Assembly: GCF_000011325.1 (NCBI RefSeq)
Contig: NC_003450.3
Coordinates: 780,001 to 812,000, forward strand
Length of the DNA: 32,000 bases
Direction: 5' to 3'
Origin: Corynebacterium glutamicum ATCC 13032
GTDB lineage: Bacteria > Actinomycetota > Actinomycetes > Mycobacteriales > Mycobacteriaceae
The position numbers and the translations under genes were made by a program. The notes below the pieces were generated by a model. That model did not search any database and was not told where the DNA came from. It saw only the letters and a program-made list of their open reading frames with translations. Of this stretch, positions 1-8,659 are shown piece by piece; position 1 is the first letter of the stretch, and the number at the start of each line of letters is the position of its first letter.

Positions 1-85
1 GCGGCCCCGGAATTACCCTTTTCGCGGCCGTCATCAAATTTGTACCCCCTTAAAGACACCCTAAACACGAGTGAAATAGGAACAC

Positions 86-1174
86 ATGACTTTAACTGAC
101 AACAGCAAAAACGTTGATGCTGTCATCTTGGTCGGTGGCAAAGGTACCCGACTGCGCCCCCTGACCGTCAATACTCCAAAGCCAATGCTGCCAACTGCTG
201 GCCACCCATTCTTGACCCACCTTTTGGCCCGCATCAAGGCCGCAGGCATCACACACGTCGTGCTGGGAACGTCATTCAAAGCTGAAGTCTTCGAGGAATA
301 CTTCGGAGATGGCTCCGAAATGGGCTTGGAAATTGAATATGTCGTCGAGGATCAGCCTTTGGGCACTGGTGGTGGCATCCGAAACGTCTACGACAAGCTG
401 CGTCACGATACTGCGATTGTGTTCAACGGCGATGTGCTCTCCGGTGCGGATCTCAACAGCATTCTGGACACCCACCGCGAAAAGGACGCAGATCTGACCA
501 TGCATCTCGTGCGCGTAGCTAACCCTCGTGCGTTTGGTTGCGTCCCCACCGATGAGGATGGTCGCGTCAGCGAATTCCTTGAAAAGACCGAAGATCCACC
601 AACCGATCAGATCAACGCCGGCTGCTACGTGTTCAAGAAGGAACTCATCGAGCAGATCCCGGCAGGCCGAGCAGTTTCCGTCGAGCGCGAAACCTTCCCT
701 CAGCTGTTGGAAGAAGGCAAGCGAGTCTTCGGCCACGTCGACGCTTCCTACTGGCGCGACATGGGCACCCCAAGCGACTTCGTCCGCGGCTCGGCTGACC
801 TGGTCCGCGGCATTGCGTACTCCCCATTGCTCGAAGGCAAAACAGGAGAGTCGCTTGTCGACGCCTCCGCCGGCGTTCGCGACGGCGTCCTGCTGCTCGG
901 CGGAACCGTAGTCGGCCGCGGCACTGAGATCGGTGCCGGCTGCCGCGTTGACAACACTGTTATTTTCGACGGCGTCACCATTGAACCAGGTGCGGTCATT
1001 GAAAATTCCATCATTTCCTCGGGAGCACGCATCGGTGCTAATGCGCACATCTCCGGTTGCATCATTGGCGAGGGCGCACAGGTTGGTGCTCGGTGTGAAC
1101 TCAACGCAGGGATGCGCGTCTTCCCAGGCGTTGTGATCCCAGACAGCGGAATTCGTTTTTCGTCTGATCAGTAG
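86..1174 (+). CDS. manC: Mannose-1-phosphate guanylyltransferase (GDP-mannose pyrophosphorylase)
   Basis: 362-aa ORF. The N-terminus carries the sugar-nucleotidyltransferase signature LVGGKGTRLRPLT. The C-terminus has hexapeptide (left-handed beta-helix) repeats such as VDNTVIFDGVTIEPGAVIENSIISSGARIG. A weak AGGAA precedes the ATG. I recall it being annotated rmlA2 in C. glutamicum. Confidence 0.9.
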   Translation: MTLTDNSKNVDAVILVGGKGTRLRPLTVNTPKPMLPTAGHPFLTHLLARIKAAGITHVVLGTSFKAEVFEEYFGDGSEMGLEIEYVVEDQPLGTGGGIRNVYDKLRHDTAIVFNGDVLSGADLNSILDTHREKDADLTMHLVRVANPRAFGCVPTDEDGRVSEFLEKTEDPPTDQINAGCYVFKKELIEQIPAGRAVSVERETFPQLLEEGKRVFGHVDASYWRDMGTPSDFVRGSADLVRGIAYSPLLEGKTGESLVDASAGVRDGVLLLGGTVVGRGTEIGAGCRVDNTVIFDGVTIEPGAVIENSIISSGARIGANAHISGCIIGEGAQVGARCELNAGMRVFPGVVIPDSGIRFSSDQ

Positions 1175-1372
1175 GCATTTTTAGCCCTTTTGGACGGGCG
1201 TTTTCACAGCGACCGTTCGGGGGCGAAAATGTTTTTGGTTGAGCGGTTTTTGGAGATTATGCAGCACTGCTTATACTTGTAGGGAGTGCTGATCTTGTGG
1301 CAGAATCTGTCTAATTAAGATTAATGACACAATATGTAGTACCCCCGGAAAATGCCCCCGCGAGAGGGCTTT

Positions 1373-1399
1373 TGTGACTGGTGTGAATATTGTGAATTA
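1373..1399. repeat. Three direct repeats TGTGACTGG / TGTGAATAT / TGTGAATTA at an exact 9-bp period (candidate regulator binding array)
   Basis: TGTGA begins at 1373, 1382 and 1391, read directly from the sequence. The array lies about 165-190 bp upstream of the whcD ATG at 1564. Confidence 0.5.
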
Positions 1400-1434
1400 A
1401 CCGGCGGAAGTTTGGCTGATTTTTTCTGTAACGG

Positions 1435-1464
1435 TTGACGGCGATGTACCAGCACGTGTGTAAT
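1435..1464 (+). promoter_or_regulatory. Candidate sigma-A promoter of whcD (-35 TTGACG, 18-nt spacer, -10 TGTAAT)
   Basis: TTGACG at 1435-1440 and TGTAAT at 1459-1464. This would give a 5' UTR of roughly 90 nt. It is a pattern match only. Confidence 0.3.
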
Positions 1465-1563
1465 CGCTTGGGAGAAGGAAAAATTTTCCAAACCTGCTCG
1501 GGGACCAACATCCCCGATGAGAACAGACTTAAAGTAGCTTTGAAAGTGAGAGGGGGGCGAGTA

Positions 1564-1878
1564 ATGGAAGATTCAGCTGGGGACGTATCTGCAAAGTTGA
1601 AAGCAGGCCAGACTCGCACCGCACTGGAGATGACTTTGGATGATCTGTTCGGAGCGGTTGAGCAAGAATGGCAGGAGCAGGCGCTGTGTGCGCAAACTGA
1701 TCCTGAAGCATTCTTTCCAGAAAAAGGTGGCTCAACTCGCGAAGCCAAGCGGATCTGCCAGGGCTGCCCGGTTCGGGATGAATGCCTAGAGTTTGCTCTT
1801 GAGCATGATGAACGCTTTGGAATTTGGGGTGGTCTCTCTGAACGTGAGCGCCGCCGCCTGAAACGCGAAATTTCGTAA
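1564..1878 (+). CDS. whcD: WhiB-family Fe-S transcription factor (WhiB2/WhcD type)
   Basis: Four-Cys pattern: C-x(n)-CQGCPVRDEC, with ALCAQTDPEAFFP upstream. It also has the GIWGG turn and a basic tail RERRRLKREIS. I chose ATG 1564 because GAGAGGGGGG lies just upstream. The ORF track's start at 1435 would add a non-conserved 43-aa extension. Confidence 0.88.
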   Translation: MEDSAGDVSAKLKAGQTRTALEMTLDDLFGAVEQEWQEQALCAQTDPEAFFPEKGGSTREAKRICQGCPVRDECLEFALEHDERFGIWGGLSERERRRLKREIS

Positions 1879-1894
1879 AACTTCAAGACCAGTA

Positions 1895-1933
1895 AGCGAA
1901 CCTTTAATTAATTGAGGGTTCGCTTTTGTTCTT
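1895..1933 (+). terminator. Rho-independent terminator after whcD
   Basis: Stem AGCGAACC (1895-1902) pairs with GGTTCGCT (1917-1924). It is followed by TTTGTTCTT. Confidence 0.6.
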
Positions 1934-2158
1934 GGCTGCACCGGCTTCTAAAAGACCAAAACCGGCGTGTTTTTAGAGCTACTTTGGTCTCGATCGCTAC
2001 TCTGCAGGCCTGAATGGGGTGGAACTGGACCAAAAGTGGCAATGGCTGGAATCGTTCTTGGTCTCGATTGTTAACCTCCGGTGGAGTGCCATTGAAACTG
2101 GCCTGGCGTCGGAGAAGCCCAGAATCGTCTCCCAATTGCCCATGGTGCACCGGCCACG

Positions 2159-2617
2159 CTAGAGATCCTGGAATCCCGGATCGATGTCTCGTGGATCAAT
2201 ATTCAGATAGTTCGCCACCAAAGAGGTGAGAACATGAGTCAATAGCTCGTGGCGTTCCACAGCGTTGGTGACTCGTTGCTCGATCGGCATTCTGAAAATA
2301 ACGATGCGCGCTCTCGTGGGGTTTCCCTTGGTATCGATCGCCGGTGGGATGACGCGACCAAGTGGAACGGGGCCGTCGGCGGTGATTTCATCGGGGAGAA
2401 TGGCAAGGTCGGCGCTGAGTCGCATGCGAGGAACGGTATCGACAGCGATGTCTAGATTGCTGAGCTCTTTTTGGTAAATCCCGTAAAGAGGGGAGTAGGC
2501 CTCTAAGACTGCGCGGTCGAAGGCTTGGCGTCTAGAGGCGTGGCGGGGAACTTCGACGGGCATGAGTGGGCCGCGGAGACCGCGTCCGTGCCGATTGCGG
2601 AAAGTTCTCGTATGCAT
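2159..2617 (-). CDS. Conserved actinobacterial hypothetical protein (Rv3259-like; possibly a degenerate zincin-like fold)
   Basis: 152-aa ORF in the position conserved between whiB2 and pmmA in mycobacteria. It contains HELLTH rather than a canonical HExxH. There is no SD at either candidate start (2617 or Met19 at 2563). TAGAAT lies 8 nt upstream of ATG 2617, which hints at a leaderless mRNA. Confidence 0.65.
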   Translation of the reverse strand: MHTRTFRNRHGRGLRGPLMPVEVPRHASRRQAFDRAVLEAYSPLYGIYQKELSNLDIAVDTVPRMRLSADLAILPDEITADGPVPLGRVIPPAIDTKGNPTRARIVIFRMPIEQRVTNAVERHELLTHVLTSLVANYLNIDPRDIDPGFQDL

Positions 2618-2711
2618 GAAAACAAATTCTATGTGTGTTGAGCTGCCAAAAGGGGTTGGCGCGCCGATGATGACTGTCCAAACCTAAACCAAAGGTCTAA
2701 ACTTTGGCTTC

Positions 2712-3104
2712 GTGAGTCAGTTTCGTCGTTGTTCCCGCCCTGGTTGTGGCAAGCCTGCCGTCGCAACCCTCACCTACGCATATTCGGATTCCACTGCGGT
2801 GGTTGGTCCTTTGGCGCCTGCAGCAGAGCCCCATAGTTGGGATCTGTGTGAGCATCATGCCGAGCGTATTACTGCGCCCCTTGGTTGGGAGATGCTGCGG
2901 GTGAACGACATCAAAGTCGATGACGATGAGGATCTGACGGCTCTTGCTCAGGCTGTTCGTGAGGCTGGACGCACTGTGAGTGGTCTGGTTCCTGAAGACG
3001 AAGTGGGCGGCAACCATCCGGTGAACCGGAGTGCGCGGATCGCGGAACAGAAGGTTCACCGCAGGGGTCATCTCTATGTTGTGCCTGATCAGGACGAATC
3101 ATAA
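2712..3104 (+). CDS. DUF3499-like conserved actinobacterial protein (Cys/His zinc-ribbon-like N-terminus)
   Basis: 130-aa ORF with a GTG start. The N-terminus CSRPGCGKPAVATLTY...HSWDLCEHHAERITAPLGWEMLRV resembles the Rv3258c family as I remember it. Confidence 0.75.
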   Translation: MSQFRRCSRPGCGKPAVATLTYAYSDSTAVVGPLAPAAEPHSWDLCEHHAERITAPLGWEMLRVNDIKVDDDEDLTALAQAVREAGRTVSGLVPEDEVGGNHPVNRSARIAEQKVHRRGHLYVVPDQDES

Positions 3105-3183
3105 GGTTTGCTATTCGGATTGGATCCTTTGGCAGGGGTAGGATTGCAAGCGTTATTTTGTTCCCTAACCCCTTCGAGGATTT

Positions 3184-4560
3184 ATGCGTACCCGTGAATC
3201 TGTCACAGCTGTAATTAAGGCGTATGACGTCCGTGGTGTTGTTGGTGTCGATATTGATGCTGATTTCATTTCTGAGACTGGCGCTGCCTTTGGTCGGCTC
3301 ATGCGTAGTGAGGGTGAAACCACCGTTGCTATTGGCCATGACATGCGTGATTCCTCCCCTGAATTGGCCAAGGCGTTTGCCGATGGCGTGACTGCACAGG
3401 GTTTGGATGTTGTTCATTTGGGACTGACTTCTACTGATGAGCTGTACTTTGCGTCCGGAACCTTGAAGTGTGCTGGTGCGATGTTTACTGCGTCGCATAA
3501 CCCCGCTGAGTACAACGGCATCAAGTTGTGTCGTGCGGGTGCTCGTCCGGTCGGTCAGGATTCTGGTTTGGCCAACATCATTGATGATCTGGTTGAGGGT
3601 GTTCCAGCGTTTGATGGTGAGTCAGGTTCGGTTTCTGAGCAGGATTTGCTGAGCGCATATGCCGAGTACCTCAATGAGCTTGTTGATCTGAAGAACATCC
3701 GCCCGTTGAAGGTTGCTGTGGATGCGGCAAACGGCATGGGTGGGTTCACTGTCCCTGAGGTATTCAAGGGTCTGCCACTTGATGTTGCGCCACTGTATTT
3801 TGAGCTTGACGGCAATTTCCCCAACCATGAGGCCAATCCTCTGGAGCCTGCCAACCTGGTTGATTTGCAGAAGTTTACCGTAGAGACCGGATCTGATATC
3901 GGTTTGGCGTTCGACGGCGATGCGGATCGTTGCTTCGTGGTCGATGAGAAGGGCCAGCCAGTCAGCCCTTCGGCGATCTGTGCGATCGTAGCGGAGCGTT
4001 ACTTGGAGAAGCTTCCGGGTTCCACCATCATCCACAACCTGATTACCTCTAAGGCTGTGCCTGAGGTGATTGCTGAAAACGGTGGCACTGCGGTGCGTAC
4101 TCGCGTGGGTCACTCCTTCATCAAGGCGAAGATGGCAGAGACCGGTGCGGCCTTTGGTGGCGAGCACTCTGCGCACTACTACTTCACTGAGTTCTTCAAT
4201 GCGGACTCCGGCATTTTGGCTGCGATGCACGTGCTGGCTGCGCTGGGAAGCCAGGACCAGCCACTCAGTGAGATGATGGCTAGGTATAACCGGTACGTTG
4301 CTTCAGGCGAGTTGAACTCCCGTTTGGCTAATGCAGAGGCGCAGCAAGAGCGCACCCAGGCTGTGCTCGATGCGTTCGCTGATCGCACCGAGTCCGTGGA
4401 CACCCTTGACGGCGTGACTGTGGAACTCAAGGACACCTCCGCGTGGTTCAACGTGCGTGCGTCCAACACCGAGCCGCTGCTTCGCCTCAATGTTGAAGCT
4501 GCATCGAAGGAAGAAGTCGATGCGTTGGTAGCGGAGATTCTAGGGATTATCCGCGCATAA
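3184..4560 (+). CDS. pmmA: Phosphomannomutase (alpha-D-phosphohexomutase family)
   Basis: 458-aa ORF. It has the phosphoserine loop TASHNPAEYNGIK, the Mg-binding FDGDADRC and the sugar-binding GGEHSAHYYF. Confidence 0.93.
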   Translation: MRTRESVTAVIKAYDVRGVVGVDIDADFISETGAAFGRLMRSEGETTVAIGHDMRDSSPELAKAFADGVTAQGLDVVHLGLTSTDELYFASGTLKCAGAMFTASHNPAEYNGIKLCRAGARPVGQDSGLANIIDDLVEGVPAFDGESGSVSEQDLLSAYAEYLNELVDLKNIRPLKVAVDAANGMGGFTVPEVFKGLPLDVAPLYFELDGNFPNHEANPLEPANLVDLQKFTVETGSDIGLAFDGDADRCFVVDEKGQPVSPSAICAIVAERYLEKLPGSTIIHNLITSKAVPEVIAENGGTAVRTRVGHSFIKAKMAETGAAFGGEHSAHYYFTEFFNADSGILAAMHVLAALGSQDQPLSEMMARYNRYVASGELNSRLANAEAQQERTQAVLDAFADRTESVDTLDGVTVELKDTSAWFNVRASNTEPLLRLNVEAASKEEVDALVAEILGIIRA

Positions 4561-4598
4561 TCCCATTTTCCGGCGGGCATCACGGGAATTCCTTATCC

Positions 4599-5642
4599 TT
4601 GGTAGTCAAAGTCAAGGAAAGGACTTCAATCCCCGTGGTGCAAGTGGACAATACCTTTTATGACGGTTCTGCTTATGATCCTGAAACCGTCCGATTTTTT
4701 GATGTGGCGCAGGAGGGGGCCCAGGTTCGCCAGATCGGTGGCCTCGTGGCGCAGGGCGCGTTGAGTGCGTTCGAGGGGTTGCGGCCACGTAGCGTGGTGG
4801 TGATGCTCGACGGCCAGATTCACCGCAGTTGTGTGCGATTGGTGGAAACCTTGCATTCCCCGATGCGCCAGCCGCTGGTTATTACCTCCACGCTGCCACA
4901 TTACATCGGTGCGCTCGACGTGCTGATTGTCATCACCGACAACGGTGCAGATGAAAAAGCGCTCAAGGCACTCATCACGGCGTCGCAGCGGGGCGTGGCC
5001 ACGCTGCTCATTGGCCCTAGTTCGGGCCCGCTTATCGACGAATCCCCCCAGGACACCTTCGTCCTTCCCACCTTGCCCACGGCCGCAGGCTTGTCGCCTG
5101 CCCGCATCGTGGCGTCGATAAGCACTCTTTTAGATCTTTTAGAAGCAGACCCCAGCATTATTTCCGACCGCTTGGAACACCTCGCCGACTGCATTGATGA
5201 GGAAGTGGAATCGCTATCGCCGGAACGTGACGAACTAGTCAATCCCGGCCGAAAACTGCGCGCATACGTAGATCACGCACGGATCGTGCATACCGGCCGA
5301 ACTGATGTGGGACTCGCGATTGCCAACGTTATCGCCCCAATCTGGACCCGACGAGGCCTGGTATCAGCCGTGCTGGATTTTCCCGAGCTCATGGAATCAT
5401 TGCCGGAACTCCGCGGACCCGAGCCAATTACCGACGATATATTCCATGACCCATTCATAGATGACGAACCCGGGGTGGTACCGTTTAGGGCTGTTGTCTG
5501 GGCCGAAGAGGAACCCGGAATCCCCGATGCCATGGCGCAAAGCTGCGACGGACCTAGCAAAGGGGCGCTGACACAAGCACTGCGTTTGCTGGTGCGCGGA
5601 CAGTCAGCCACGACCTATTCCATTGAAGAAAAGGACTTGTAA
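4599..5642 (+). CDS. Conserved hypothetical protein of the mannose cluster (Rv3256c/TobH-like, possibly SIS/PGI-C-like)
   Basis: 347-aa ORF between pmmA and manA, ending 1 nt before the manA ATG. The start is uncertain: TTG 4599, or a GTG near 4635 that follows AAGGAAAGGA. The functional family is assigned from memory of synteny only. Confidence 0.65.
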   Translation: MVVKVKERTSIPVVQVDNTFYDGSAYDPETVRFFDVAQEGAQVRQIGGLVAQGALSAFEGLRPRSVVVMLDGQIHRSCVRLVETLHSPMRQPLVITSTLPHYIGALDVLIVITDNGADEKALKALITASQRGVATLLIGPSSGPLIDESPQDTFVLPTLPTAAGLSPARIVASISTLLDLLEADPSIISDRLEHLADCIDEEVESLSPERDELVNPGRKLRAYVDHARIVHTGRTDVGLAIANVIAPIWTRRGLVSAVLDFPELMESLPELRGPEPITDDIFHDPFIDDEPGVVPFRAVVWAEEEPGIPDAMAQSCDGPSKGALTQALRLLVRGQSATTYSIEEKDL

Positions 5643-6827
5643 ATGGAGCTATTGGAAGGCTCACTGCGCACCTACCCATGGGGTTCAAGAACACTGATCG
5701 CTGATCTCAAAGGCGAAGAATCACCATCGTCTCGCCCAGAGGCCGAAGTCTGGTTCGGTGCCCACCCAGGATCACCATCAACCATCGGTGGAAACGCACT
5801 CAACGAAGTCATCGCAGCGAACCCCGAAGAAGCATTGGGCACGCGTGTTGCCGAAGCGTTTGAAAATGAGCTTCCATTCCTCCTCAAAATCCTCGCAGCG
5901 GGAGCACCCCTATCACTGCAGGCCCACCCATCGCTGGAACAGGCCCGTGAAGGATTCGCCCGCGAAAACTCAGCAGGAATTGACCTCGGCGCACCGAACC
6001 GCAACTACCGCGACCCAAACCACAAGCCAGAGCTGATCGTTGCTCTCACGGAATTCATCGCGATGGCAGGCTTCCGCCCACTGCGGAACACCCTCACCAT
6101 TTTCGACGCCCTCGCCTGCGAACCCCTCGACCGCTACCGCAGCATGCTCACCGTCGACAACGAGGAAGAATCCCTCCGCGCACTGTTTACCACCTGGATC
6201 ACCATCCCCATCGGTAAACGACACGAACTCATCGATGCCCTCATCAGCAACGCCCACACCTACCTTGAGGCAAGCGATCGTGACGAGGACATCGCATTCG
6301 TGCTCTCACACATCATCGAGCTCAACGAACAGTACCCCGGCGATGTCGGCGTTCTGGGTGCTCTGCTGTTGAACTTCTACAAACTTGCCCCAGGCGAAGC
6401 CCTCTACCTCGACGCCGCAAACCTTCACGCATACATCAGCGGCCTCGGCGTAGAGATCATGGCGAACTCCGACAACGTGCTCCGCGGTGGACTGACATCC
6501 AAATACGTCGACGTCCCGGAGCTTGTGCGCGTGTTGGATTTCAACTCTTTGGAAAACGCTCGCGTGGACGTTGAAGAAGACGGTGCAACGACCCACTACC
6601 CAGTTCCAATCAACGAATTCCAACTCGATCGCGTTGCAGTTCAGGGCGAAGCAGAAGCCAACCACGATGGTCCCATGATTGTTCTGTGCACCTCCGGAAC
6701 TGTTTCCTTGGAAGCAGGGGAGAAGACCCTCGAAGTAGCAGCAGGTCACGCCGCATGGGTTCCAGCAAACGACCCAACCATTGCGATGCGTTCTGAGGAC
6801 GCAGAAGTATTCCTCGCTAGGGTTTAG
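5643..6827 (+). CDS. manA: Mannose-6-phosphate isomerase, class I
   Basis: 394-aa ORF. It carries YPWGS, EVWFGAHP, LSLQAHPS (zinc ligands) and PELIVALTEF, which are typical of type I PMI. Confidence 0.92.
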   Translation: MELLEGSLRTYPWGSRTLIADLKGEESPSSRPEAEVWFGAHPGSPSTIGGNALNEVIAANPEEALGTRVAEAFENELPFLLKILAAGAPLSLQAHPSLEQAREGFARENSAGIDLGAPNRNYRDPNHKPELIVALTEFIAMAGFRPLRNTLTIFDALACEPLDRYRSMLTVDNEEESLRALFTTWITIPIGKRHELIDALISNAHTYLEASDRDEDIAFVLSHIIELNEQYPGDVGVLGALLLNFYKLAPGEALYLDAANLHAYISGLGVEIMANSDNVLRGGLTSKYVDVPELVRVLDFNSLENARVDVEEDGATTHYPVPINEFQLDRVAVQGEAEANHDGPMIVLCTSGTVSLEAGEKTLEVAAGHAAWVPANDPTIAMRSEDAEVFLARV

Positions 6828-6849
6828 ATCTTTTTAGATTAAAATCATG

Positions 6850-6886
6850 CGCCCCGCCAGAACTTGGCGGGGCGTAAATCTATTTT
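6850..6886 (+). terminator. Rho-independent terminator after manA
   Basis: Perfect 10-bp GC-rich stem: CGCCCCGCCA (6850-6859) pairs with TGGCGGGGCG (6865-6874), with loop GAACT. It is followed by TAAATCTATTTT. Confidence 0.8.
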
Positions 6887-7166
6887 CTGCTCGGATTGGC
6901 TGACGGGGCGTGTCTGCTGCCGTCAAAATCTGGATTCGGTTGGGGAGCCTCTGCACAACCGTCCTATATGGCCAAAACTAAAAAGCTCGAGGCTTTTGGT
7001 CACCTAGTTTGGTCTGGCTCAAAACTTGCATCTGTACCCAAATATTAGTGCCTCTCAGAATCGCCTGTAAGAGCTTAGAAACCTTGTGGTGGCACTTACA
7101 CGCATTGCCACTTTTCGACCTCTTGAACGCCCTTCTAAATGCACGTGAAATTCAGGTCGAAGTGGT

Positions 7167-7952
7167 TTAGCTCGTGGCAGTTGGTTCCACAGAGTTAGCT
7201 ACAGAATTGGATGTTGTGTCAGCTGGTGCGCTTGGTGTTGCGTTTGGCGTCGCATCAGTAGTTGAACCGGCTGGCTGATCCGGATTGAGAGGAGCAGTAG
7301 GTTCCTCTACGAAATCGGTAGGTGGCGTATCAGACTCATCTGGTTGGGGAGTGCTTGTTGAATCATCGCTCGTTGGCGGGGTGGACGGAGCTACCGGATC
7401 GGTTGTCTCAATCGGATCGGTTGTCTCAATCGGATCGGTGGGTTCCGTAGGTTCAGAAGGTCCAGTTGGGTCTACCGGATTTGTAGGTTCGGTTGGCCTG
7501 TCTGGGCTCGACGGTTGTGTAGCAGCAGTTGACTCATCACCAGGTTCACTAGGCTCGTTTGACCTGGAGGTGATTTGAGTCGGGCTTGCCGATCCTGCTG
7601 AGGAGGGAGAACTCACCCGAGAGGTGGTAGTTGGAGAACTGCCAGAAGGGGTTAAACCGGAGCTTCGGCCATTGTCTGGACGCACAAAAGCATTCGGTGG
7701 AAGATATGGATCTTCGGTGTTGATGGGCGCCAAAGTTTGGTTTTCTAGGTCAGGTTCCGCCTCTTTGGTCTCTGTATTACCTGGGGAATCGTACCTAGCC
7801 TGGGTTTGGGTGGTAGACGTAGTAGTAGACGTGGCAATATCAGAGGTGGGTCGGCTTGGGCTGGACATCTGCCAGACCATAAAACCCAGGGCGGTGGCGG
7901 CTAAACAGCCGGCGACGATGAAGACGAGGGCTCGTCGAGTTTCTGTTTTCAT
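7167..7952 (-). CDS. Membrane-anchored or lipoprotein-like Pro/Thr/Ser-rich low-complexity protein
   Basis: 261-aa ORF with SD GGAGGTG 7 nt upstream of the ATG. The N-terminus MKTETRRALVFIVAGCLAATALGFMVW can be read as a TM helix or as a lipobox-like VAGC. The remainder is roughly 230 aa of P/T/S/D/E-rich sequence with repeats such as PTEPTDPIETTDPIETTDPV. Confidence 0.75.
   Translation of the reverse strand: MKTETRRALVFIVAGCLAATALGFMVWQMSSPSRPTSDIATSTTTSTTQTQARYDSPGNTETKEAEPDLENQTLAPINTEDPYLPPNAFVRPDNGRSSGLTPSGSSPTTTSRVSSPSSAGSASPTQITSRSNEPSEPGDESTAATQPSSPDRPTEPTNPVDPTGPSEPTEPTDPIETTDPIETTDPVAPSTPPTSDDSTSTPQPDESDTPPTDFVEEPTAPLNPDQPAGSTTDATPNATPSAPADTTSNSVANSVEPTATS
7396..7440. repeat. 18-bp in-frame tandem repeat (2.5 copies) inside the Pro/Thr-rich gene
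   Basis: GGATCGGTTGTCTCAATC at 7396-7413 and again at 7414-7431, then a partial GGATCGGTG. On the minus strand it encodes the repeated DPIETT. Confidence 0.9.
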
Positions 7953-8195
7953 CGTGGTTCACCTCCGAAGTGCAGTAGTTGTCTGAAAACTGGAAAATAA
8001 CAAGTCAATAACAAACGCTATCATGTCTTGGCTTTCTTGAATAGGTCGCCAAGTAAATATGCAGGTAATTAGCGATTTTAAAGTTCGTTGATGTGCTGTC
8101 TGAATCGTGTGGGCGTTAGATGAATTGTTATAAACCGGATGTTTAACGGAATTTAATACGTGTCTTATTACGCGGACTAGAAAGGTTTTAGGGAC

Positions 8196-8549
8196 ATGGG
8201 TGCATGGGACGATGCAATCTTGACTGAGGAAGTCAACGTTGATTTTCTCGACGAGATCTCAGAATTAGATACTCAAGACATTCTTGAGGCGTTGGAAGAC
8301 GCATGTTTGCTGGTGGTTAACCAGGACAACGCCACTGAAGACGAACACCTCAACGGTCAGGCGGCTGCGACGATCGCGGCCATCATGTTTGGCGCTCCAT
8401 ATTCTGCGGGCCAGGTGCTGGAGAATTACCCATTTATCCGCGAACTCGTCGGTGAGGGCTCTGAAGCTCTTCGCGGTGCTGCAGCGCAGGTTTTGGAAGA
8501 GGCAGATGTGGAATATGACCTCGAAGCTTATTTAGAGGCCCTCAACTAG
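8196..8549 (+). CDS. Small acidic hypothetical protein (DUF4259-like)
   Basis: 117-aa ORF that is strongly acidic. The N-terminus MGAWDDAILTEEVNVDFLDE resembles DUF4259 as I remember it. The RBS is weak. Confidence 0.65.
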   Translation: MGAWDDAILTEEVNVDFLDEISELDTQDILEALEDACLLVVNQDNATEDEHLNGQAAATIAAIMFGAPYSAGQVLENYPFIRELVGEGSEALRGAAAQVLEEADVEYDLEAYLEALN

Positions 8550-8659
8550 CCCTCCACTAAACAGCTTCAATCAATTCGGTGTCCACTCCAACATGTAGAG
8601 TGGTGCGCGTTAAAAAAGTTTTCCTAATTTTCATTTTCTTAAAAGGAGCTCGCCAGGAC

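Noticed and set aside
1-99. A possible 3' end of an upstream gene at the left edge of the window.
   Set aside because: All three forward frames are open for only 17-33 codons and show no recognisable motif. A coding call cannot be supported.
272-1048. Long antisense ORFs opposite real genes. Examples are 272-1048 opposite manC, 8999-9856 opposite sahH, 10735-11421 covering all of mtrA, 17099-18265 opposite secA and 31383-31919 opposite the helicase.
   Set aside because: Each one is in the codon-aligned antisense frame: its coordinate offset from the sense start is a multiple of 3. In that frame, antisense stops appear only where the sense gene uses TTA, CTA or TCA, which are rare codons here. 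The ORFs have no RBS and their translations are low-complexity. They are a codon-bias artefact, not genes.
1908-2229. Two small ORFs (80 aa on the minus strand, 71 aa on the plus strand) in the convergent gap between whcD and the Rv3259-like gene.
   Set aside because: They overlap each other, have no RBS and show no recognisable motifs. I could not support a gene or an RNA here.
6887-7166. The 280-bp gap after the manA terminator, examined for an sRNA or for the terminator of the convergent Pro/Thr-rich gene.
   Set aside because: I found only short stems (6-8 bp) with very long loops, for example TTCGACCT/AGGTCGAA with a roughly 32-nt loop. Nothing could be supported without expression or conservation data.
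7285-7600. A repetitive GGTTC/GGATC-rich DNA stretch that could superficially look like a repeat array or CRISPR.
   Set aside because: The repeats are in-frame codon repeats of the Pro/Thr-rich protein. There is no repeat-spacer architecture and there are no cas genes.
8579-8659. 5' extensions offered by the ORF track: sahH from 8579, whcD from 1435, whcE to 25858, aroA to 22602, SRAP from 22256, HAD from 19020, comF-like from 14657 and rsgA to 21359.
   Set aside because: The extensions carry no family homology. They overlap neighbouring genes. They ignore internal start codons that have good SD sequences or hallmark N-termini, such as MCGRF for SRAP and MDWRHEAIC for WhiB1.
8550-8659. A possible SAH riboswitch or McbR operator upstream of sahH.
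   Set aside because: I looked for the conserved SAH-riboswitch core and for TAGAC-N6-GTCTA. Only a weak 6-bp hairpin (CCACTC/GAGTGG) is present, which is not enough to call anything.
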